Assembly: GCA_047602425.1 (NCBI GenBank)
Contig: JASGHG010000001.1
Location: 3,776,001-3,840,000 of the forward strand
DNA from: Nibricoccus sp.
GTDB taxonomy: Bacteria; Verrucomicrobiota; Verrucomicrobiia; Opitutales; Opitutaceae
Direction: 5' to 3'
DNA: 64,000 nucleotides
The notes under the pieces were generated by a model. That model searched no databases, had not been told where the DNA came from, and saw only the letters and a program-made list of their open reading frames with translations. A program made the position numbers and the translations under genes. Every line of letters begins with the position of its first letter. Position 1 is the first letter of the stretch. Of this stretch, positions 28,319-36,754 are shown piece after piece.

Positions 28319-30895
28319 CTAATGGCGTGGGCGGCACGGGGTGTTGTCGAGCGGGTCGGTGCCGTTTTGGAATTCCTGAAGATTTGGAATGCGATCTCGG
28401 TCCGGGTCGGCGTTGTCGGCGGCGATCCCGGTGTTGTCCGCCTGACCGAAATGGAGAATGCGCCAGGCTTCGAGAGGGGTGAGCTGCGGCACGTGGGTGG
28501 CGACAACCAGTGAGTACGAGTCCACCTCGATGGTTTTGCGATTTGTATTTAGGGGTGTGATCGCAAATACGCCTGCGACGAGATCGGAACGTCCGTCGAG
28601 GAAAGAGGGCGCGGACAAGGGATTCCATTCGAGATTGTCGATCAAGTATCGCCAGGCGCCGGCTTCGCGCGTGAGGGTAATGGTCATTCCATCGGCGGCA
28701 TTGAGTCCAAAACCGAAGAAGCGTCCGTCGAAGTCCACGTTGTTTTGCGTGTGGACGGAGAGGCGTTCGGGCGCGCCAAAAACGATCGTTTCAGAGCGCG
28801 TCAGGAAATTGCTATTGGCTCCCACATACACGCCAACCTGATCGATGAATTCCAGCGTGGTGAGCGGACGGAAGACTGCGGTCACGGCAAAATCTTCGGT
28901 GCCGGTGAAGCCGAGGCTGCTCAGGCTCACGCCGGGCAAACTGGCGTTGGCGAAGTTGAACTGGCCGAAGAAGTCGGCCTGGGTCGAGGAAAGTTCGAGC
29001 GCGCCCGTGTTGGTGTTTAGTCGGAGGTTAGGATCCAGCACGGGCAGCGCGGCGCCGGTTCCCGGGAGCTGTGCGGTGAAACCGGTCAGAAGTCCGGCGG
29101 CATCTTGCAGGCCGGAACTCGCGGCCGAACCAAAGTTCAGGTCTACGCGGCGCACGACATTTACGGAGCGCGCAGTAATCGTGAACGTGTAGTGCGTTTG
29201 CTTCGGATTGTCGGGTGACGTGTTGACCGCCACAATGGTCACGGGGTAGGCCACGTCGACTTGCGAGAGGGTGGGGCGCCACGAAACGACACCGGTCGCC
29301 CGGTCGACGGTGAGACCGGCGGGACCTGTCGCGACGGAGTAGGTGTGGTCGTCCCTGCGATCATTGCCAGGTTCGGGCAGGCAAAACGTATTGATATCGC
29401 CAAAAAGCGCGAGCCGGTTTGGCAGGGAGACGATGCGCGGGGTCTGGCGGCTGGTCACAGTGTGGCTGCCCCAGATTGCGACGCCCTCCGTCGACAACGC
29501 GGAGAACGCGTAGACCCAGGCACCCTGATCGTCGTCCCACTGCGTGCTAAAGACGCCTTGGTAAGTTTTTCCATCGAGGGTGAGCGCGAGGTCATTGTTG
29601 CGCGAAAAATTCCAGGTCCCCGTCGCTGCGCCAGTGACGGTACCGTTGGGCTGTAGCGTAATGAGGGAAGAAGTTTGCAGCGCAGGGCTGATCGCCTTGC
29701 CGTGATTGATGAGTTTATAGTCGCCGGTGACGTCGTGGCGGTCGTGACGTTCTTGTTTTTCGCCGGCATAACGATGCGGCGCGACCACGAGCCAGTCGTC
29801 CGCATTCATGTACATTTGATGCACGCGGACTTCGTGTTCCTCACCTCGATCGACGAAGCGCGTGTGAAAGACGAGGAAGTATTTTTTGCTCTGCGGATCG
29901 TAATAAGCGGAGTTGTGGCCGGGCGAAAGGTAACCGCGTGTGGCGCTGACGGGTTCGCCGGCGACGGAGAGGAATTGATAATTGCCCAGCAATTTCACGC
30001 CGTAGGGTGCAATGGCGGCGTCATCGAAGAACGAGCCGGGAGCGCCGGAAACGTTGGTCATCTCATTGCCCGAGGCATCGAAGAAGGGGCCGTCGGGCTG
30101 GCGTGAACGGGCGACGCGGATGTTATAACCACCGTCTGCCGACAAACCGCCGAAGGAGAGGAAAAGGTAGTAATAATCCGACTCCGGACTGTAGAGCATG
30201 CATGGCCCTTCGATGCGGGAATGGTTTCCACCGATGAGTTTCTTGCCATAGCCTTGGTTCGGCAAAGGCAGGCCACTTGAGGGATCGAGTTGCAGAATGA
30301 AGATGCCGCCGGAATAGGAGCCATAGACCATCCAGAGCCGGCCGGTTTTGTCGAAAAATACATCGGGATCGACGGCATTGGGATGGCGCGTGGCGTCGTA
30401 GATTGTTCCGTCCAAACTCGGCAGGCCCCACATTCCCGACTGCACGATGACGCCGAGGTCGGTGTAAGGCCCCGTGATCGAGTCGGAGACGGCAACGCCG
30501 AGCACGGCGCGCGGTTGGTCGCCGCGGGCGATGCAGTAATAAAAATAGTAGCGTCCATCCGCGAGACGGATGACATCGGGCGCCCAAAAACCGGGATTGT
30601 TGCCGATCCATGCGACCGACGAAGCGAACGTCGCAAAGGGAAATGGAAACAGCGGGTTGTCATCGGTGGGGCCAGTGGACAACTGCGTCCAATGCATCCA
30701 ATCCGTGGTTGTGGCTGACGCGAGATGGGATCCGAAGACGTAAAACTGGGAGCCAGCCTTCACGACCGAGGGATCGTGCACGGAGACATTGGTAAAAGAT
30801 GGAATTTCCGCCGGAACAGAAGGGTGCGCAAAGGCGGCACCGACGCAGAACAGACCGGCGCCAAGGCCGGTAAGCAGTGATTTTGGGTGGAGCAT
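28319..30895 (-). CDS. Secreted GH43 endo-arabinanase-like glycoside hydrolase with C-terminal Ig-like/lectin-like modules
   Basis: SVHDPS, WAPDV, NAVDP, YGSYSGGIF, SRIEGP, SPGHNS, FHTRF; PAGLTVDRATGVVSW Ig-like; DPDRDRIPNLQEFQNGTDP tail. Confidence 0.88.
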   Translation of the reverse strand: MLHPKSLLTGLGAGLFCVGAAFAHPSVPAEIPSFTNVSVHDPSVVKAGSQFYVFGSHLASATTTDWMHWTQLSTGPTDDNPLFPFPFATFASSVAWIGNNPGFWAPDVIRLADGRYYFYYCIARGDQPRAVLGVAVSDSITGPYTDLGVIVQSGMWGLPSLDGTIYDATRHPNAVDPDVFFDKTGRLWMVYGSYSGGIFILQLDPSSGLPLPNQGYGKKLIGGNHSRIEGPCMLYSPESDYYYLFLSFGGLSADGGYNIRVARSRQPDGPFFDASGNEMTNVSGAPGSFFDDAAIAPYGVKLLGNYQFLSVAGEPVSATRGYLSPGHNSAYYDPQSKKYFLVFHTRFVDRGEEHEVRVHQMYMNADDWLVVAPHRYAGEKQERHDRHDVTGDYKLINHGKAISPALQTSSLITLQPNGTVTGAATGTWNFSRNNDLALTLDGKTYQGVFSTQWDDDQGAWVYAFSALSTEGVAIWGSHTVTSRQTPRIVSLPNRLALFGDINTFCLPEPGNDRRDDHTYSVATGPAGLTVDRATGVVSWRPTLSQVDVAYPVTIVAVNTSPDNPKQTHYTFTITARSVNVVRRVDLNFGSAASSGLQDAAGLLTGFTAQLPGTGAALPVLDPNLRLNTNTGALELSSTQADFFGQFNFANASLPGVSLSSLGFTGTEDFAVTAVFRPLTTLEFIDQVGVYVGANSNFLTRSETIVFGAPERLSVHTQNNVDFDGRFFGFGLNAADGMTITLTREAGAWRYLIDNLEWNPLSAPSFLDGRSDLVAGVFAITPLNTNRKTIEVDSYSLVVATHVPQLTPLEAWRILHFGQADNTGIAADNADPDRDRIPNLQEFQNGTDPLDNTPCRPRH

Positions 30896-31032
30896 GTTCT
30901 TCGAGACGTTGGGAGTTAACGGACGAAGAAGCTGGTAAATCTAAATGCGCCAACGGACGGCTTTTCCCGACAAAGGCCGCGCGGAAGGGTGGTTTTATTA
31001 CCATCTTCAGCGGCGAAGGCCCCGGGGCAGCC

Positions 31033-31218
31033 TTATTCTTTTCTATCTTTAAGCCGCGTTGGCCTCTCCAGCGCGAGCGGCACCCACGGAATGCGGTCTT
31101 CGGTCCAGATCGCGATTTCAGGAGGAAAACGCTCAGGTTCATCCAAGGAGGCAATCGTAACGTCAATTGTCGGAGCGTCGTCGCTTTCCCTGAACAGTAA
31201 CGTTGTGCCGCAACAGCC
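31033..31218 (-). pseudogene. 3' fragment of a GFA (CENP-V/glutathione-dependent formaldehyde-activating) family gene
   Basis: Manual translation GCCGTTLLFRESDDAPTIDVTIASLDEPERFPPEIAIWTEDRIPWV...KE*; no start codon, and an in-frame stop lies a few codons upstream inside the neighbouring gene. Confidence 0.65.
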
Positions 31219-33551
31219 TATTGGTTCGGCTTATAGTCGAAAAGTTTGTCGGTGCCGGGGACGAGGGTGTGATTTTTCCAGAGGGATTCGGAACGCTTGG
31301 TCCCGTTCGGCCACCACGTGATCCATTCACTCGTGCCGTCGTCCCGATGGGTCCATTCCCACTCTTTTTTGCCGTCGGTGGACCAGAAAGTTTCGACGCC
31401 GGATTTTCGGCCGAGGTGGTAGGTGGTGACGTGTTGCTTCGCGCCGCTCGGATAAAACCAGGTTTCTTCGCCTTCGAGCAAAACGCGACCGTCGTCAGCG
31501 ACGCCGCTGCTCCACGTGACGCGCGGTTTGCCGTCGGGAAAGTTTTCACGATGCGTTTGAACGTCGGAAATTTTCGCGGCGTTGCTCGCGTCGAGGCGCG
31601 GATCGTCGTCGGCGAACGTGGCATCGCTGAGGATCCATGCTTCGTTTAGTTCGAAGTGCAGCCCGGGATGGTTGCACGAGGTGATGAGGTGGATGACGCC
31701 GTTGGGCGCCTGCCGGGCGACGGAGTAGCCAAGGCTCGGCCGGGCGCGGTGTACGGAGTACGTGCCGGGGAGCCGTTTGATGCGCCACGTCTCGCCATCG
31801 TCGTCGGAAAGCGCGACGTAGGAACCGTCCTCCTTGATCGAGTCTGGTTTTTTCGTGCGCTTCGACGGATAAAAATCGCCGGCCATGAACAGCCGTCCGC
31901 TCGCGAGGCGAATGATAGATGGCCGCTGCCCACTGCTGAGCTGCGAGAAGGGCGTCTTGCTCATTTCGTAGGAGCGTCCGCCGTCGCGGCTGATGGCGCG
32001 TGGCATGAAATTATCGATGCCCGAGTTTTTTCCGCCCATGCCGAGAATACTGCCGTCTTTCCGCAGGACAAACGTTGTGTGGCGACCAAACGTCCGGCCG
32101 AGCGTGTCGTGCCAGGTCGTGCCATCGTCGGTGGCCCAAAGCATCGATTGCGAGCCGAGCGGATCGCCCTCAGCTGCATCGACCGCGAGATACGTGCGAC
32201 CGTTGTTATCGCGAATCACGGAGTTGATGGGCTGGGGCCGTTCAAGCGCGGAGCCGAGCGGGCCAGTGATGCGAGGAAAGTTCACGCTGCTCCACGTGGC
32301 GCCCAGATCGTTGGAGGTAAGAAATTGAAACGGGAAATGGCCTTCCTCATGGGGATTGCCCCAGAACAACCAGAGCTTACCGCCATCCGCCCAGAGTAAC
32401 GGCGCGTGATCGTTGGCGCCCGGCGTGTCGATGAACGGGCAGGGCATGTCCCATTGTTCGGCGCCGAAACGCAGTCGGGCTGCGATCAAACTCACTTCGG
32501 GTTCGTATTCCCAACTCGACGAATAAATCACCAACAAGGCGTCGCCATTGGGCAGCACGGCGAAACCAGGACTGTGGTTGTGATGGCGAAATGACGGATG
32601 CAGACCGGCGCGGTGTTCCTTCACAAAATCGATCGTGCCCTCCAACGGCATGGGCAGCATCCGCCGACGTCGCAGGTACGGCTTGGCCGGATCGGGACCG
32701 CGAAGCACATCGTCGGAAGTCGCAGTAGAGAGCTTGACGCCTTGGGTCATAAACGACGGTTCGGCTGCGAGGGGCGCGGTCTGAACCGCTGGAGCGAGCA
32801 CGACACGAAACCCGATACGGTGGAGGCCGTATTTTTGCGGATTGGGATCCGTTGACGAGGCGGGGGCGAAATTCGGCGGGGCGCCGGCGCGGTTTGACGG
32901 GCGGAGGTAATTGTCGGGTTTGAATTTCTCCGGCGTGTCGAGATAACCGCCACGCACGACCTTCATGAAACCGCTGGCGCGACCCGCAGGATCGCGTTGA
33001 GTGGCGAAAGAATATTCGCCGTACCAATCCGCGCACCACTCCACCGGACCGTTGTACAATTGGCGCAAGCCCCAGGGATGAATCGCCTTTCCGGTGGTTT
33101 CCCACGTGGCGCCATCTTTTCGTCCGGCGCGAGCGGCGAACTCCCATTCCGCCTCGGTGGGCAGGCGGTAGTTCCGTCCCTCTTTGTGGCTCAGCCACGC
33201 GCAAAACGCGACGGCGTCATGCCAGCTCATACCTGCTGCGTAAGGCTTGTAGGCATCGTTGAGCGGCGCGTCGGGTTTGAACTGGCGAAATTGCTCTGCG
33301 GTGACCTCGGTCTCCCCGATGAAGAACGGGGCCGAGATCGCGACTTGATGCGTGGGCGACTCGTCCCAATTGGCCGGCTTCAACGCCGAGCCCATCGTAA
33401 ATTCTCCGGCGGCGACCGGCACGAGTTTCATCCCGAGGGAGTTGGTGATTGGTTCGGCTGCGCGGGCTCTCAACGCGAGGGCGAGCGAGAGCGACACGCC
33501 CGCGAGCAAAAGTACCTTGGTCGATGAAGCAGGTGCAGGAGGGATTTTCAT
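31218..33551 (-). CDS. Secreted FGE-sulfatase-domain + BNR/sialidase-like + MORN-repeat protein
   Basis: NSLGMKLVPV, ETEVT, YRLPTEAEWEFAAR, EWCADWY, IGFRVV; Asp-boxes SNDLGATW, TDDGTTW, SRDGGRSY, SDDDGETW; WYPSG/WSTDG/WWPNG repeats. Confidence 0.85.
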   Translation of the reverse strand: MKIPPAPASSTKVLLLAGVSLSLALALRARAAEPITNSLGMKLVPVAAGEFTMGSALKPANWDESPTHQVAISAPFFIGETEVTAEQFRQFKPDAPLNDAYKPYAAGMSWHDAVAFCAWLSHKEGRNYRLPTEAEWEFAARAGRKDGATWETTGKAIHPWGLRQLYNGPVEWCADWYGEYSFATQRDPAGRASGFMKVVRGGYLDTPEKFKPDNYLRPSNRAGAPPNFAPASSTDPNPQKYGLHRIGFRVVLAPAVQTAPLAAEPSFMTQGVKLSTATSDDVLRGPDPAKPYLRRRRMLPMPLEGTIDFVKEHRAGLHPSFRHHNHSPGFAVLPNGDALLVIYSSSWEYEPEVSLIAARLRFGAEQWDMPCPFIDTPGANDHAPLLWADGGKLWLFWGNPHEEGHFPFQFLTSNDLGATWSSVNFPRITGPLGSALERPQPINSVIRDNNGRTYLAVDAAEGDPLGSQSMLWATDDGTTWHDTLGRTFGRHTTFVLRKDGSILGMGGKNSGIDNFMPRAISRDGGRSYEMSKTPFSQLSSGQRPSIIRLASGRLFMAGDFYPSKRTKKPDSIKEDGSYVALSDDDGETWRIKRLPGTYSVHRARPSLGYSVARQAPNGVIHLITSCNHPGLHFELNEAWILSDATFADDDPRLDASNAAKISDVQTHRENFPDGKPRVTWSSGVADDGRVLLEGEETWFYPSGAKQHVTTYHLGRKSGVETFWSTDGKKEWEWTHRDDGTSEWITWWPNGTKRSESLWKNHTLVPGTDKLFDYKPNQ

Positions 33552-33583
33552 GGGGATGGGACGAGCATGCGGACGTTTTTCGC

Positions 33584-34327
33584 TCAGAGATTTTTCAGGC
33601 GGATGTTGCGATATTCGATTTTCATGGGAGGCCCGACGTGCACCTGCACGCCCAATAGTCCTTCCGATCTTCGATGGGCAGCATCGTCGTCGATCACCAC
33701 GCTCATCACGTGGCCGTTGACGATGTGCGTGAGCACGTGGCCGCGCGCGATGAGGTGAACCTCGTTCCAGTCCTCTTTTTTGATGAAGGAGGCGAGCTGT
33801 GGGGCCTCGCCGAGTGAGGCGATCACCGCGGGTTTAGCGGACGAATTGATGGTCACGGCTTCACCTCGTTTGGCCAGAAACGTGCGGCCCTTTTCCTCGT
33901 AGTTCTGGCCGGTGTAGCGATCCGCACCGTCGATATCCGCCTGATAGCCGCGCATGGCCCACTTCTGGCCTTCGATTTCGGTGCTGCGATAGTTGATGCC
34001 GCTGTTGCCCTTGGCGGTGACGCGATATTCGAGCTTCAATTCGAAATCGCGGGTGGTCCCGGCTCGCCAGATGATAAACGAATTCTGTTTCAGCAGAGTC
34101 TCCGGCGTGACCTCGCCGACCAGTGCGCCGTTTTCCACGCGCCAATATTTGGGATCGCCTTCCCAGCCATTGAGGGACTGGCCGTCGAAGATCGTAATGA
34201 AACCATCGTCAGGCGAAGGCGCGATGGTTGCGGATTGCGATTGAGCGAGAGCAAAGGGCAGCGCGATGCCGAGCGAAATCGCGAGTGCAATGAGCCGCGC
34301 GAGGAAGGGGAATGAAATGTTACGCAT
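33584..34327 (-). CDS. DUF1080 (3-keto-disaccharide hydrolase-like) protein
   Basis: IFDGQSLNGW, DFELKLEY, GNSGINYRS, GYQADI, DWNEV, GVQVH, YRNIRLK. Confidence 0.9.
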   Translation of the reverse strand: MRNISFPFLARLIALAISLGIALPFALAQSQSATIAPSPDDGFITIFDGQSLNGWEGDPKYWRVENGALVGEVTPETLLKQNSFIIWRAGTTRDFELKLEYRVTAKGNSGINYRSTEIEGQKWAMRGYQADIDGADRYTGQNYEEKGRTFLAKRGEAVTINSSAKPAVIASLGEAPQLASFIKKEDWNEVHLIARGHVLTHIVNGHVMSVVIDDDAAHRRSEGLLGVQVHVGPPMKIEYRNIRLKNL

Positions 34328-34427
34328 GGGGCGGGGTTGAACGAAGTCGTCTCGGCAGTGACGTTTCGCAACCCGAGGCGTTACGCGGTTTTCGAGACGT
34401 TGAACGGCCCCGCCCGCCGAACCTGAA

Positions 34428-35351
34428 TCACATCGCTGCCTTGGCGGCGGTGGCCATGGCGGCGACGGGGACTTCGCGGCCGGTCCAAATCGAGAGCGCC
34501 TTGGCTCCTTGATGGATGAGCATCGAGAGGCCATTGGCGTTGGGGATTTTTAACTGTTCGGCTTGGGCGAGGAGCTTGGTCTGCGGTGGGTTGTAGATCA
34601 TGTCGTACACACCGGAGGGGCACGGAAGTTTCGCCAGGTCGGCTGGCGGAGCGTCGGTATCCTTGAGGCCGGCGGAAGTGGCATTGATCACAATGGCGCC
34701 GGTGGGCAGTTCGGCGGGCGGTGTTGCCGGATCGAAGCCATGCAGCGGGATGCCTTTGGCGATGGAAGACAGTTGTTGCAGCAGCGAGTCGCGGTTGGCG
34801 GCGGTGCGATTGGCGAGCCACAGGGAACGGCAGTGGCGTTGCAAGCATTCGACGGCGGCGCCACGGGCGGCTCCGCCGGCCCCGAGGAGAATGATGTGCG
34901 AACGGGAGACATCGAGGCCGAGGTCTTCGCGAATGGCGGTGGCGAGGCCGTGGCCATCGGTGTTGAAACCTTGCCAGCCTTTTTCGGTCGCGAGGAGCGT
35001 ATTGACGGCGCCGATGGGCTGGGCGGCGGAATCGATCGCGCCGGCGAGACGACCGGAGGAAATTAAGTCGTTGGCGATGACTTTGTGCGGGATGGTGAGG
35101 TTGAGACCGCGGAAGTTTTTGGCGCGAAAACGTTCGAGGGCGCGCGGGAGATCTTCAGGTGGAATGTCGAAGCGGAAGTAACGCCAGTTGGAGAACTGTT
35201 TGTCGGTGCGGGCGAGTTCGGCCAGCGCGGCATTATGCATGGCCGGGCTAATGGAGTGTTTAATCGGATGGCCGAGCACGGCGAGGGCGACGCCGGGAAA
35301 GTTCCAGCTATCGAGATCGGAAAGAGTGTGGACGGGTTCAGGGGTGGCCAT
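34428..35351 (-). CDS. aroE: Shikimate dehydrogenase
   Basis: GHPIKHSISPAMHN, NLTIPHK, GAVNT, NTDG, GAGGAARG, INATSAG, DMIYNP, GLSMLIHQG. Confidence 0.95.
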   Translation of the reverse strand: MATPEPVHTLSDLDSWNFPGVALAVLGHPIKHSISPAMHNAALAELARTDKQFSNWRYFRFDIPPEDLPRALERFRAKNFRGLNLTIPHKVIANDLISSGRLAGAIDSAAQPIGAVNTLLATEKGWQGFNTDGHGLATAIREDLGLDVSRSHIILLGAGGAARGAAVECLQRHCRSLWLANRTAANRDSLLQQLSSIAKGIPLHGFDPATPPAELPTGAIVINATSAGLKDTDAPPADLAKLPCPSGVYDMIYNPPQTKLLAQAEQLKIPNANGLSMLIHQGAKALSIWTGREVPVAAMATAAKAAM

Positions 35352-35374
35352 GTTAACGCGGAGTTTTTAGAAGG

Positions 35375-35602
35375 GCCACAGAGGGCACGGAGCGATGACA
35401 CAGAGTTCACGGAGGAAATGCCATGGAAAATTTTAGGTGGAAGGTGGCAGTTTTTAACCACGGCGGCGCAGGAGTTCAGAGTGTGGATTTTTTTCAGGAG
35501 AAAACGGAGAGAACAGAGATGGAGACGGTGAACCAAGCACGCATGGTCTTTCCATCACTACAACTCTGTGCCTCTGTGTCTTCGCTCTGTGTTCTCTGCG
35601 AC
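35375..35602. mobile_element. Gene-less inverted-repeat element with CACAGAG/CACGGAG periodic ends
   Basis: GCCACAGAGGGCACGGAGCGATGACACAGAGTTCACGGAG (35375-35414) ... CTCTGTGCCTCTGTGTCTTCGCTCTGTGTTCTCTGCGAC (35564-35602); extra orphan ends are nested inside. Confidence 0.6.
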
Positions 35603-35637
35603 CCAACTGCCTATTTTAAACCTACCTTGGTTCCTAT

Positions 35638-36507
35638 TTACGGCTGAGCGTGGTGGTTGTAGGTGGTTTCGAATTCCTCGACGAAGCTGGCAAAGAGGCG
35701 GGCATGGACGGTGTCATTGGCGGCTTCGTAATGATGCACGAGATTGCGGCAGCAACGGCAGAGGACCTCCCGCACGGGCGTGGGCGCGAGGTCGCTGATT
35801 TGGGGCGAGATATTGCGGGCCCGGAGCCAGTCGAAAAGGCTATCGGGCGTGCGAAAGGCGCCGTTTTCGAACGGGTCGATAAAGAAAGGTTCACCCTCGG
35901 TGTAGCAACCCACGACGAAATGGCCGGGCAGGCCGACGGGTTCAATTTCCAAGCCGACGCGATGGGCGACGAGCAGGTAGACGATGCTGAGGGAAATGGG
36001 CAGGCCTTTGCGGCGAGTGAGGACCTGGTCAAGGTAGCTGTTGAGCGGGTCCATGTAATGCTCGGCGTTGCCGTGAAAACCGTTTTCGTGAAAAAGCACG
36101 CGGTTGAGAATACGGCATTTTTCGCGGGCGGTCATCGGCTCGGCGAAGAGTTCGCGGCAGCGGGCGGCGAGGGCGTCGAGTTGTTCGCAGCAATGGGCGA
36201 TATCGATACGCGGGTGAACGGTGCGGCTGAGGAGCAGGGCTCCGGTTTCGAGTTCGTAATTGAGCGAGCGGATGAAGCCGCGGAATTCGGCGACAGGGTC
36301 GGAGAACTTTAATTCTTCAAGAAACCAGCGGGCGTGGAACGCGAGGGGACGATTGTTGCCGTTGGCGATCGATTTCAGAAAGTGGAGCGCCGCGGTTTGG
36401 TGTTCAAGAAAGTGAGTGAGAAGCGCCTGGCGAACGGACGGCTGGGGGTCGTCGAGCAATTCCAGAAACGCGGTCTGGAGTTCGGAGCTGAGGCGTTCGT
36501 TTTCCAC
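35638..36507 (-). CDS. SirB1/transglutaminase-like (Transglut_core2) protein
   Basis: GFHGNAEHY, NSYLDQVLTRRKGLPISLS, GLPGHF, FIDPF. Confidence 0.88.
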   Translation of the reverse strand: MENERLSSELQTAFLELLDDPQPSVRQALLTHFLEHQTAALHFLKSIANGNNRPLAFHARWFLEELKFSDPVAEFRGFIRSLNYELETGALLLSRTVHPRIDIAHCCEQLDALAARCRELFAEPMTAREKCRILNRVLFHENGFHGNAEHYMDPLNSYLDQVLTRRKGLPISLSIVYLLVAHRVGLEIEPVGLPGHFVVGCYTEGEPFFIDPFENGAFRTPDSLFDWLRARNISPQISDLAPTPVREVLCRCCRNLVHHYEAANDTVHARLFASFVEEFETTYNHHAQP

Positions 36508-36754
36508 GCGGGAAATGACACCGGAAATAAAGCGGCTCGCAACCAGTATTGGCAGGGCGAAAACTATCAGTTGTTGGAATGGAACACCCGAGGCCCGACC
36601 TCGGCGCGGGGCACTGGCCGGCGCTTAATTTTTAAAAATTTTGTGAGGCTGGAGGACGGGACGTGGGGGGCGGATTGTGCCTCGACAAAGGTGGCGGGGC
36701 TGGCTTCGTTGTGCCTAGCCCGTTCACGGGCAATTCCAAGCATCACGCCAGCTC

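Noticed and set aside
31218..33551. Diversity-generating retroelement target (FGE/C-type-lectin fold)
   Set aside because: No reverse transcriptase, no template-repeat copy noticed in the window, and the domain is N-terminal.
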